Source of the DNA: Elsinoe ampelina
Taxonomy: Eukaryota
Reading direction: 5' to 3'
NCBI GenBank assembly: GCA_010093995.1
Contig: ML992509.1
Span: 1,325,850-1,389,849 of the forward strand
Length of the DNA: 64,000 bases
Shown here: piece after piece, positions 36,219 through 49,000 of the stretch
How positions within the stretch are numbered: position 1 is the stretch's first letter
How the letters are laid out: each line of letters opens with the position of its first letter
The notes under the pieces: model-generated
Seen by the model: the letters and a program-made list of their open reading frames with translations, nothing else
Told to the model about the DNA's origin: nothing
Database searches by the model: none
Translations under genes and position numbers: made by a program

Positions 36219-38600
36219 TTAAGTGGGATTACTAGCTATCTTCTCTTCTATAAGTTTAGTATAATTCTACTCTAGTGCCTTATCTTCTTCTTTAGGGAAT
36301 ACCTCCTTCTAGTTATAGGTCTTAATGTCTAGATTAGCCTCTACCTCTAAATCCTTCCCGAATATGTAGTTAGGGGTAATATTATAATACTTAAGCTATT
36401 AGGTGAGACTCTTAATAATAGTATAATCTCTAAGTACTATAGCGCTTCTAAACTTATCCCTATAAGTAATAAGCTCTAACACCTTAGATATATACTTGTT
36501 AATCTTCTCCTACTACTTCTATAGACGTTTATACTACTTAGCGATTGTAGCATCTTAGTCCTCTAGTTCGTTAATAAGCTTGTCCTAATTCTCTATTATC
36601 TGCTTCTTAAGTTCGTAGTACGCTAACTTCTAGAATAGAGCTACTTCCTTAATCTTCTTTCTATTAGTAGTACCTCTCTCGATTATCTACTCTATCTTTA
36701 TTAACTCCTCTTCCTGCTTTACTAGTATAGCTATATACTCCTCGAGCTTCTACCTAATGTCTTTATAAGCCTCTTTCTGTATCTTAACTCTTATCTTAGC
36801 GTTAGTAAGAGACTTCTCGAAGAGTGTTAGGCCCTCCTTAACCTTCTTACCTAGGCGGCCCTTCTCTAGCTCGCTAATAACCTATACTAACAATCTATAC
36901 TATGCTTTTAAGGCCTGCTACTACTAAGCTATAGTGTAGATATTAAGCTTCTAGCCTCGGCGTAATAGTTCTACTTGCTTGCTATTAGCGGCCTTCTCCC
37001 TAGTTATCTTCTTTGCCTATTGTCTAGTGTCTAGATTATTGCCTTAAACTAGGAGGCCGTTCTACTTACGTTAGCGTTTAACACTATAATTCTTAAACCG
37101 GATTAGATTCTTAAACTTCTCCGGACCTTACTTATTCTTGTTCTTATATAGTATAGCCTAAAACTTAATAGGGACGCTAATCTCTTTAGGATTAATCTAT
37201 AACTAGAGATAGTTAGCCTTAATGTTGCCTCTATAGTCTAGGTACTTACGATAGTACTCTAGTCTATAGCTCTTAGTTAGCTAGCCTTAACAGGAGACTA
37301 GTAGCTTATAAATGTCCTTCGTAAACTCCTTTAGCTTCTTATTTAGAATTTTAGCTTGTCTTTTCTTATACTTAGCCTTAGACAGGTATAGTAGATAATC
37401 CGGACGCGGGTAATCTATCGCTCTCTTAAAGTTAGCGTAGCGTTTACTCCTAGTAGTAGTTTGCTTCTTAATACTATATTATGTTAAGCGGAAGGCACGT
37501 TTAGGGGTAGAGTATTATATAGAACCAATCCGCACACTAGTTAGGTAATAGACGAGTTAATTAATTAAGGAGTCTATCTACCGAAGGAAAGAACAGCTAT
37601 AAATCCCTAGGACTTAGCATTATATAACCTATAGTCATGTGACCTTCGGGCCTAATTATCTAGAGAGAGCTATATTCTTAGCATATTAGGTAATTCTCGT
37701 AGCTTTAGTAACTAGGTATACTTCGAGGGTAAAGACTAGCGCCTTCTTATTCGTTACACCCTTAGGGCAACTACGCCCTAGCTTCTTAACTGCTGCTTTA
37801 TCCCTGTCTTTAATCTCTTTAGCCTCGTCGTCGGTGTCGATATAGGCTATAGACTTTCCTACCTTCTTCGTCTTAGTAGTAGGTTTAGTTACCGCTTCTA
37901 CGGACTTACTAGCTACACTAAAAAGCTTATCGAGCAAGTCTACTATTACCTAAGACTCGTCTAGCGAGACGACTAGGACGTCCTTAGCCGTAACATGATA
38001 CTAGATTGCCTATCCCTTAATATTAAAGTCTCTACTTCTCTCCCCTCGCTCTTTACTATAATACTAATACCTCTTATTATTATCTTCCCTAATTCGCTCT
38101 TCGGCTAGTTCCGTGCACACTATATATCTTTTATTATTATACTCTCTCTAACTTAAGTAAAACCTCTTAATTGGCCTCCTATACTTCGTACGCTCTAATA
38201 CTATTGTTGTTTTATAGTATCCCTTATTAAAGTTATCTCTTACCTTAACATCGTCTCGCTCTTTATCTCTCTTATAACTATAGTCGTCTATGTCTAAGTA
38301 TTCGGACTAGTCTTCGTCTATATTATATTTCTATTCCGACTCTAACTTAGGTAGCCTATTATATATCTTATCGAAGGTTTAGGTATTACAAACTACATTT
38401 AGTAGACTTAACTATCTAGTATTAGCTATGTCGGCGTCGCCTAGAAGCGCTAGGTTAAGCGGAAAGTCGTAGGGATTACTCGTTAGCTAAGCTAGATTGT
38501 CGGCTATGTCGATGTTAAGGTTCTATAAGGCGTCTATACTGTCGGGGAGATTATTCTTATCTAGAGTTGTCTAAAATAATGCTAGATATAAAAACTCGCT
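36219..38600 (-). pseudogene. RIP-destroyed extra ORF of the Gypsy element (acidic N-terminus, coiled-coil C-terminus; family unknown)
   Basis: One reading frame runs from ~38100 to ~36219 once the solo LTR is removed, with stops being TAG/TAA revertible to CAG/TGG/CAA. Includes the surviving ORF 37686-37937. Upstream acidic segment (DFPLDPALLG after de-RIP) is in another frame; the 5' limit is approximate. Confidence 0.65.
37482..37683 (-). mobile_element. Solo LTR (202 bp) of the Copia family, inverted relative to the full copy
   Basis: Reverse complement of 40781-40982; TG..CA ends; TATTA on both flanks (37477-37481, 37684-37688). Confidence 0.93.
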
Positions 38601-40780
38601 CTAAACTATAAATTAGAGTCTAGGCACTATAGATTAAGTGCTAGATAGTAACGCTATTAGCTAGGATTGCACTAAAGGTCGCGAGATAGTAAAGTAGTAG
38701 TAGATAAAGAAGAAGAGGTTATTATCGTACTAGAATGTTTAATATAGGCGGCTACGCTACCTTAGCTACAACCGCTAATATATAATCCCCTTACATTTGC
38801 TATCCCTATATAGTAACTTACTAGTCGTAGTCGTTACTACGGCCCGCATATATTTCGTGCCATCCTTTAATTCTAGCTATCTATCGATATCTAGCGTAGC
38901 TAGGGGGAGAAATAGGCCCTAGGTTACTATACTTACTAATTTGCTTATAGCCGACAAGTATTCTAGCTAGTCTAGCGATAGATTGCCCTAGCCCCCTCTT
39001 ATCTAGCGCTACTAGTGGATGCTCTATAGTCCGTCGATAACTGCGCCTACACTGCTAGTCGACGCCTTCTAACACTTATAGGGCCTTACGAGATATAGGT
39101 AGTAAGTATTAGAGTAGGACTCAAAAATTAGAATTAGCTATCGGTAAGACAATATAGATTAATAATGACTAAAGACTTAATTGTTCTTAATGATATAGGA
39201 TGCTATACTATGCTATATAATTCTACCCTATTAAAGAACGCCTCTAATACCTTCGCTTAAGTAATTACTAAGGCTTATGCCTTCCCTCTATAACACTATA
39301 CTAAAAAATTAAAAAAAAACACTAAGTAATGCTATACACCTATCTCTCCTCTCTAAAAAGCAAATAAAAACGCTATTACTATCCTCCCTAATATTCTACT
39401 AAACCCTCGAGACATCCTCTACTATACTAACTGTAGGTTTAACTACAAGTTCCGTACTATAGTTCGCCTAACTATACTACTACTACTAGGTTAGAAAGAT
39501 CCTCTAGTCTAGGAGCTTATATGTATATATCCGAACTATTAGAGCGCTAGTACTCTCCTTCTCTAGTATTCCGCGTCTAGATCTTAGTCCTTAACCTCTA
39601 GTACCTCCCCCCTATTATCCCTAGTGTCTATTGTATCTTCCTTGCTCTTAGTCTTATAGACCTTGCCCTTAGCGTAACGGGTGCTCTAGTCTTTAAGGTT
39701 CGCGAGGTATATGTCTCTAATCTCCGTAAGGTTATATCTATTATAGTAGTTACTCTCTTCGCGCGGTATAAACATCTTTAGATTGTTAATATAGTATTAG
39801 CTAATCTTCTTACTAGTGCGGACACCTGCAAGTACTATAGTGTTATGTGCTCGCTTCTCTATAAGGAAAGGGCTAGTCTATCGGGGCTCTATCTTTCTTC
39901 CTCGCTAAGTATTAAGCTCTATTCGACATAGTAACACTAGGTCCCCTAGCCTTAGCTCTTGCTATGTGTAACTAGATCTTACGGTATTAGAGTTATATAC
40001 GTTAAGCTTTGCTTCGCTATATATATCTCTTATCTTATTAATCTTAGTAAGTCGTTCGTGCATAGAGATAGCTATAGTGTTTAGAGCTAGGCTATTACCC
40101 CGGCCTAATAGTTCGCTTAGAGATTCGACTTTAATTTCGTTAATAGCGTTAGACTTAACCTTTAGCTCCCTATAACGTAGTGTCTATCCGAACATAAGTT
40201 GTGCTAGTATAAAGCTCTTAATTCTTAATGCCCTTAAGTTAAGTAAGTACGAGATAGGAGTAATAAGCCTATTCTAATCTATCTTAATATCCGGCAAATC
40301 CTTAATCTCCTTTTAAAGGCCGACTTTTAATATCTGTACGTAACGCTCTATAAGTCTAACCGAGCTTAGTAAGCCTAGGGCAGTAAAGATCTACTCGACG
40401 AGTAGTGTTATAAAGAACTATAACACCTCGTTTCTAAAGTAAGCTTCGTTATTATAGTACGTAGTTCTTAGCATACTAAAGACACTAAAGATCTTTTTTA
40501 AGATCTTAACGACTATAGCCGAATTAGCAAGTATTGTAGGCTCTATCTAGTTAAAGCTACTAAAGTAGTCTACTACGATTAGTGTATACCGATAACTACT
40601 CCGCGATGCTAGAGATATCGGCCCTAAGAAGTCTATTCTAATTATGTCTATTAGGGTAAGATATAAGACTAGGAGGAGCGTCGCTAATGGCCTTAGCGGG
40701 CCTACTATCTAGCATAGGAAGTATAATCTATAATATGTAGCAATCTGTTCCGCTCTCTTCGGCTAATAAAACTTATTAAT

Positions 40781-40982
40781 TGCTAAGAATATAGCTCTCT
40801 CTAGATAATTAGGCCCGAAGGTCATATGACTACAGGTTATGTAATGCTAAGTCCTAGGGATTTATAGCTATTCTTTCCTTCGGTAGATAGACTCCTTAAT
40901 TAATTAACTCGTCTATTACCTAACTAGTGTGCGGATTGGTTCTATACAATACTCTACCCCTAAACGTGCCTTCTGCTTAATA
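40781..40982 (+). repeat. Copia 5' LTR
   Basis: Aligns without gaps to 45898-46099; about 12 differences, all transitions. Confidence 0.93.
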
Positions 40983-43900
40983 GGTTATAAGCCTAGAGCT
41001 TATAGCACAAGTATAGAATTGTATGTATAGTAGTTAGCCTACTACTTAAACAAAACGGAAGCGGAATTATAATATCCCTACCGCCTTATAGTCAACTATC
41101 TAGATACCTTTAGTAAGCCTAGTAGACTATACTATAAGTTGTGAAAGATTGTACTACTTAGGACAACAAGTAGGAATAGCACTTCTATTTAGCATAGATT
41201 TAACTCCTGTAATTGTTCTACTATAGCTGCTGTTCATTAGCTAGATTAACTAAACATATTCGATTTATTAACTTCCTCTAAGGCCTAGCTAGCCTTATAG
41301 ACAACTATTAACTAGAGGTTATTAACTAAACTCGACCTTTATCTATTTATTTAATTCTCTTCTCCTTAGAGAACTTAATTCCTAACTATAGAAGATTAGT
41401 CCTTATCTTTAAGAAGACTAGTTGTTAAGCTTAATAGACTTAACTAGAGAGAATAGTTCTACTAGATAGAAATGTACCTTACAAGTAAGAATGCCTTCTA
41501 GACTATTCGTAGTTAGACTACCCCTTTAGTAACACTATTATCTAATAACACCTCTAGCTCCTTTTTAGTCCTACCTATTAAGTTAAAGGACTAGTAAAAG
41601 GCCAATGTAACTACTAAGTACTAGGTTGTCTAGTGCATCTTATAAGATAACAAAGAGTTACTATATAAGGAAGAGCTTACATTAGAATATTAGAGATTAC
41701 TTAAGTCTAAGTATAAAACAAACCTTAAGGTAAGCGTAAGGGAGCTAGTTATCTAATTTGTAAACTACAAGATAGATAAGTAGGACACTATTAATAAAGC
41801 TTAGTCCTACCTTACTAGCCTAGGAAGACAGATCGCTATTGTCTACCTAGATAAGGGTTATTAGAGGGCAGTAGAGAGATTATAGTAGCTTCTCTCTTCT
41901 CTTCCTAACGACTATAGGTTTACAAGGCAAGCAATTAAAGTAAGGGGATTAACTAACATAGATAAGGTCCTTCTTATTCTTAAGGAGGAAGAGAGACGCC
42001 TTAGTAAGCATAAGATTACTATATTTGCTAGGGGGAGACTAAATTAAGGACCTAGTAGAAGTACAAGCTATACATATATCCTCTACTTATAGGCTAGTCA
42101 CACTATAACTAGATGCCCTTAACTTTAAAGAGCATAGAGGCATATTTAGCCTTCCTATAGGATTACTAAGAGCCTACTAAGGAGAAGAAGATCTCTATTA
42201 GCTTCTAATGATCTAGTCACCCTTGTTAGGCATCTTACTAAGAAGGTTAATAGACTAGAAGTAGCATCTAAGTTAAAGAAAGGCAAAGCCTTTACTACTG
42301 CTAAAGGCTAGTCCGAACCTTTCTCTCTAATCTTAACTCTACTACCTAAAGTTCTATTAGGTAAAGAGGAACTTAAGACTATAGGCTCTGTATTAGAGGT
42401 ACAAGGTAAGCTTTCACATTATTAGTAGATGCTTAACTCTAGAGCATCCAACTATATAACAGACAAGCTAACCCTCTTTAGGGGCCTATTAAGCAAGATA
42501 CACACTCGATAGATCTAGGTTAGGGGGGGTTACCTTTAGTTATAGTCAATAGAAACCGCTGTTATTAAGACTAAGAAGGGAGATAAGATAAAGGTATAGG
42601 CTCTTTATATACCTAATCTTAGTGTTAATTTAGTCTTCTATCGTAAGCTATGTATAGATTTAGAAGTTTCTAGAGTTCTTAATTCAAATTCTTTTCTTGT
42701 TCTTAATTTATAAAAGCAGCTACTACTTGAAGCTAGAATTCGAAGAGGGGTATACATTATCTAATCCCTCTTTAAGTAGTTAGCTAATCAAAAGCCGTAT
42801 TCTAGATCTAAGCCCGGCTTAATTCTAGATTTAGCCAATTAGGACATAGCATTCCTTACTACTTAGCTAGTAATTATATCACACACTAAGTATACATATC
42901 TAACCTAGAATAAGCAACATAAGGATCTTATTAATTTAAGACCCGACAACTCTAATATAGAGTACTAACTCTAGTATAGGAGATTTGCTCACCTTAGAGT
43001 TAAGAAGCTTAGGGATCTTTATAAGGTTACAACTCTTAAGAAGCCTATTAATTTAAACCATGATTTGTTAATCCTATGTAAGGTCTGTTCCTTGACAAAG
43101 ATAAGGAATAGAAGAGGCAAAACTTTACAGAGAAGACTAGAGGTTCTTTAGCTTGTTTATGCTAACATCTGTAGCCTAATTAAAGTAAGTAGAGAAGGAT
43201 TTAGATACTTCCTAGAGCTTATAGACAGCCATTTAAGGATAACATAGATTATACTACTTAAGACAAGAGATAAAGCCCTATAGAGGCTTATTAAGTAGAA
43301 GCTAAGGGTTAAGAAGGAAAGTAATACTAAAGTTAAGGTTACTAGATCAGATAATACTAGTAAGCTTAATAAGATTCTAAAGTAGTAGGAGCGCTAAGAA
43401 GGCATCTATTACACAACTACTGAGCTATATAATTCAATCTAGAATAGACTAGTAGAGAAAGGCATCTAAACCTTAGAGAATGGTATAAGAGCAATGCTTA
43501 AGGACTTAAAGATGCTAAATAAGTTCTAGCCTAAAGCAGTTTAGGTAGATACATATCTAAGGAACAGGACAGCAACTAGACCTATAATTAATAATAAGCA
43601 AGTTACACTAATTAAGGCCTATATAGGCATTAAGCCATTAGTTAATTATATTAGAGTCTAGGGCTATAAGGTATACACCTATATAAACCTAAAGTCCCTT
43701 CCTATATATAGAAGAAAAGATAAGCTTATAGATAGAGGGAGAGTAGGAGTATTCCTTAGCTATATAGATAGAACTAACAGGATGTACAAGATATAGGCAC
43801 CTAACAGGAAGGTAGTAATTATATTACTAAATGTTAAGTTCTCTAAATTTGAGAAAGGTAGGAATATTAATCTTAGTATCAAGATTAGCACTACGAGCAA

Positions 43901-45897
43901 TTAAGCACTAGTTAGGAGACTAATTAGTAGACTAACCTAGATCCGAGCCCGGCTTAATCCTAAGGTAGACTAATTAGATTAGCCTATTTAGTAAGAAGCG
44001 CCTATAGGGAGAATCTTCTTACACATTAAGATTCTAAGGGTTAACCCTATTAACCTTATAGAATTCTAACGTAGAGAAGAGCTAATAGTTCAATCTATAT
44101 TACCTAGTTATATAGGTCAATCACTTAAGAGATTAAGAGATAAAGAATCTAATAATAAAGAGCCTAAGGTAAAGCATTATAGAGCATTTATTACTAAGTA
44201 TATTAATTGGCAAGATAAGGTTAATAAGATTACTATAACAGCCTCTATTAAGTAATATATCCTAATTCTAAGAGACTACTATAAGGCTATTACTAATCCA
44301 GTTTAGGGAAGTAAGTGGCAGGAAGCAATTAATGTAGAGCTTAATACTCTAGGATTAAACAATACATAGGAAGAGGTTATTCCTCTAAAAGGATTAAACT
44401 TAGTAACATCTAAGTAGGTCTTTAATGTCAAATATAACACGGATAGCTCCATTAAGAAGTTTAAGGCTAGACTTGTTACTAGAGGCTTCTTATAGAAGTA
44501 TAGCATTAACTATAAAGACATATTTACACCAACAGTTAGAGTAGATATACTAAGACTATTCTTTGCTATCGTGTGTATACTTGACCTTAAATGTCATTAG
44601 GTGGATATTAATAATACCTTTACAGAATTATTCCTTAGGGAAGTAATTTATATAAGGCTACTACCTAGACTTAAGGTCTAACTTAGCATTGCCTTCCGTA
44701 TTCTTAGGAGCTTATATAGACTTAAGTAAGCTACTAGAGATTAGAATTAGCACTGCATCTCTAAGCTTTTAAAGCTAGGCTTTACTTAGAGCGAAGTAGA
44801 CCTCTATCTTCTTATATACTATAATAAGAAGATTATTCTCTTAGTTTATGTTAATAACATACTATTTACAGTATAAAGCAAAGAGAACATCTAGTGGTTT
44901 AAGCAAGAGCTTAGCAGAATCTTCAAGATTAAGGATCTTAGTAAGGTTAGTAAAGTTCTTAGGGTTAAGGTTATAAGGGACAGACAATAAGGAACCTTAA
45001 GGCTTAACTAGACCCACTATATAGATGATGTGCTATAGAGGCTTAACATAACCTCTAACAAGGCTACTCTAACAAAGTAGCTAATAGACAATAAGCTCCC
45101 TTAGAGAGCTTAGACTAAAGATATAAGGTTTAGTAGAACTAAGTACTTATATACTATTAGAAGCTAGATATACCTTAGTACCCTAACAAGACTAGACACT
45201 GCCTTTGCCTTAGGAAGGCTTAGTCAGTTTATGGCAGATCTAATAGACAGCTATACTATTAAGATAAAGAAGATGTCAAGATACATTAGATTAACTAAAG
45301 ATCTTAGTATAGTGTTTAGGAGGAATAGTAATAAGACTCTTAAGGGATATTCTGATTTAGACTATGCCTTAGACAAGATAGACAGAGTCTCTATTCTTAG
45401 ATACGTCTTTATGCTTGTAGGTGGTCCTATTAGCTAGATAAGTAGGAAGTAGAAGTCTGTTTTAACCTCTACTATAGAGGCTAAATATATAGTAATATAC
45501 TCTTGTATAAAGAGATTATAGTTCCTATCTTAGTTACTAAGAGACATAGGCTGTTATAAGATAGTTAGTTAATCACCTTAGAAGCTAACTATAAAGGAGT
45601 CTTAGAAAGTAATAATGAGATCACCCTTTACTACTAAGATTAATAGTGATAACTAGGCGGCTCTTTCACTTATAAAGGAGCTACATACTTATAAAAGGGC
45701 AAAACACATTAATGTTGCTTACTACTACGTTAGGAGGCTATAGAGGGACTAGAGGATATAGGTTAAGTTTGTAAGGACAGTAGACATAGTAGCTAATAGG
45801 TTAACTAAGCTATTGCAAGGTTAGAACTTTACGAGGTTTATGAAGCAACTTGGCTTATTATTAACCTAATAGCTCATCTACAGGAGCTAAGTAGGAG

Positions 45898-46099
45898 TAC
45901 TAAGAATATAGCTCTCTCTAGATAATTAGGCCTAAAGGTTATATAACTACAGGTCATGTAATGCTAAGTCCTAGGGATTTATAGCTGTTCTTTCCTTCAG
46001 TAGATAGACTCCTTAATTAATTAACTCGTCTATCACCTAACTAGTGTGCGGATTGGTTCTATATAATACTCTACCCCTGAACGTGCCTTCTGCTTAACA
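45898..46099 (+). repeat. Copia 3' LTR
   Basis: Aligns to 40781-40982; ends ..AACA followed by TTAAT. Confidence 0.93.
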
Positions 46100-49000
46100 T
46101 TAATAACCTTATAAAGGACAAGTTGTAAGGAGAAATGTCTATGCTTATTATAAAAGGTCGATAACACCTAATCTACTTCGTGCTTAACTAGACATTATAT
46201 AAGCTCCCTATTCTACTCCTTATAGACAAGCATTAGGTTGTAACTGTCGATAAGCAAAAATCGTCGTGCCTGTCGCACTACTCGTTTACGACGTGCTAGG
46301 TCGTTTATGCCCTTATACTAGGGTATTATACCACAAATAAGAAGGGACACTACGTCTCGGTACTACCTATAGGTGGCCTATTTCCTGTATTTATTAAACT
46401 TATTAACGAACTTATCGGTTATATCTTTAGTCGTAGAGCTAGTAAGTTATAGAACTATCGCTATAGCTAAGCATAGGTAATCCTTCTTATTTAGGTTAAT
46501 AAGGTCGATGTTAGAACTAGTTAGCCTTAATAAGCTATCGGCTATAGGATTCTTCTTACTAGGAAGGTGTACTATCTTAAAGTTGTATTTAGAGAATCTA
46601 AGTTACTAGCGGGAAAGCCTTCCCCTAGAATCGTTGTTCTTTATTACTGTAATTAATGCTTAATAATCTATGTACTATATAAATAGGTATTTATAGCCGA
46701 TAAGTAACTATCGATATTCGTCTATAGCTCTTAAGCTAGCTAGAGCCTTACGCTCTGTAATATAGTATTTACGTTCCGTATTTAAAAATTTCTAGGACAT
46801 AAAGGACACAATTCTAAAGTCGTCTAGTGTAGCTTCTATAAGTAATTAGCTGTCCTAGTATCCGTTGTCGAGTTAGAGTAATACGCCTCTAGCTTCTATA
46901 TTTAATACGTCGGTAACTAAGTAGTATTAAAGGGTATTATATCCCCTAGATAACTTGTTAGCTGTAACTGCTGCCTTTACTCTCTAGAAGGCAGCTTCGG
47001 CTATGTCGTTCTATTTAAAGCTGACAACTTAATGCTTCTTACGAGTGTAGCCGGGGATAGCTATAAGTTCCGTCTTAAGAGCCGTCTTTATTACAGTTAT
47101 TAAGTCTACCTGTCCGGGAATTAGCGAAGATAGCTACGAGAGCATCTATAGGAATTAGTTAAGGCTTGCTTTATCGTAAGGCCGAGGAATCTTACTAACT
47201 ATAGCAATCTTCTTAGGAGTCAGCTACAAGTTCCTAGATTCGATTTTATAGCCTAGTAACTTAATCTTATAAGTAAAGAAGGTAGACTTCGTAGGATTAA
47301 GTATTAGCTTTACCTAGGCGACCCGCGGGAAATAATAGTAGTGCAGGAAGAAAATTAACTCCTTATTCGTCTCGGTAGCGCTAGCGTCGTTATTAACGAA
47401 GCAGCCGAATGTCGCCTTAGGTGCGCACTTATAAAGGGCTAGTTCGCTAAAAGGGCCTAGGATAAAGCTAGAGAAAACATTCTTAAGTGTAGTATATGTT
47501 AAGCATACACTAGTAAGACCTTAGCCTATACGGGTATTAGCGAGTTGTCTATAAATCGAATAGAAGGCCGTCTTATACACATGCTTCTACTAAACTTTTA
47601 TAGCCTAATACCTGTTAGTAGTATCGGCGCTAAAGTAAGTAGTAAATCTAGCCTAGGCTAGACAATTACGAATTGGTTCTATACGTAGCATAAGTGTGTT
47701 CTCCTTAATAGTGGCGTTATTAATTGGAATATAAGCATACACTATCCTAAGGGATCTATTTTGCTTTCTAGAGTGTCGAGTTTTTATACACTAAGGTAAT
47801 CTAGGCACGTAGACTAGTATCCCCTAGTTAATTATAGCTAGGAGCACTTCCTTCTAATATGCCTCTTCCTCCTTGTTAAAGATACTATAACAGGCCACGG
47901 ATAGTCTTAAATCCTTATAGGTAGGTATATAGTAAATAACTAGATCTATTATAGGTATAGCTTAGATATTATTATAGAAGAGATTCTCCTATATAGCTAG
48001 CAAGTTTATAATCTATTCTTACTCTTCTTCTATACGTACTATATCGCCGATAAGGTTTAGGTATTACTCTACTAGCTTATTTATTCGTTCTCTCTATTAA
48101 GGTGTCGCCTCTATCCTAGATCGACGGAATTACTTTAGTCGTCGCTAGGTAGGAAACCTATACGCCCGATGCTTACTAAACTTCTTATCCTCCTTAGGTT
48201 TAGCGGTTAGAGGTTAATATACGATCGGTGGCTTCATCTTTAACCTAAACCTTAACTCCTTCTCTTCTTCGTACCTAGTCTACTCCCTGTCCGAGGTAGT
48301 AGGCTAAGGGTTACTCCTGTAACTAGTCTCTAGTAGGACCTCTACCTCTAGGAAGAACGCCTTAACTCCGCCCTTATGCCGTAGGCAACTTACCGGCTGT
48401 AAAACTGTAACTAATAAGTCTAGAGCACTCTCCGCGTAAGTATATCTTGGCTTAATAGAGAGCTTTTTGCCTAGATAGTAGGTAGAGTAATAGATGCCTT
48501 TAAAGGGCATTATCGTTAGTCTAGTAGTTAGTAATAGTATAGGTGCATAGCTAAAGAACTTGTCGTAGGTAGTAGCTTCTAGGTGAATAGAATCGTCCCT
48601 ATAAACAACTATAACCTTAGCGTGTTCCTTATTCTAGTATAGGCTACTTATTAACTCGTCGCACCTCTCGAGGACTATGTCCTTAACCGCTCGAGCTATA
48701 ACGTCGAATAGCAGCCGTAAATATAACGCTTGCTACAAGCATATAGCGTCTATACTCGCTATAATAGCGTCTAGTCTACTTAGGATAAGCTGTCCCTAGT
48801 CGTAGGAAAGCTTTAAACTTACTAGTAGTAGTATAGTCCGTATGTACTACTAAATCTGTTTCGATAGCGCGACGTATAAAGTGTCGCCGTCGGGTAGTAT
48901 AAATCGTAGATCCTCGTCGATATAGCAAGTTATTATACCTATAGCGCGATCTAACTTGCGGGCTGCTCGATTAACTCTACGCTATAAAGTTCGATCTATA

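Larger units (their letters stand above)
40781..46099 (+). mobile_element. Full-length RIP-inactivated Ty1/Copia LTR retrotransposon (5319 bp) nested in the Gypsy integrase
   Basis: 202-bp LTRs; TSD TTAAT (40776-40780, 46100-46104); PBS-like GGTTATAAGCCT (GGTTATGAGCCC) at 40983; PPT-like AAGTAGGAG. De-RIPped motifs in Copia order: WMLDSGASNHM, LWHRRFAH, VHADICGP, KARLV.RGF, LYGLKQA, VYVDD, GYSDSDYA, KHIDVAYH. Confidence 0.95.

Noticed and set aside
36219..38600. Extra ORF as a retroviral env
   Set aside because: It is in the env position, but no signal peptide, TM helix or furin site is readable; the composition is soluble coiled coil.
44303..48510. Short ORFs 44303-44506, 45231-45437 and 48304-48510 as genes
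   Set aside because: They are stop-free fragments (or antisense) of the RIPped pol regions.
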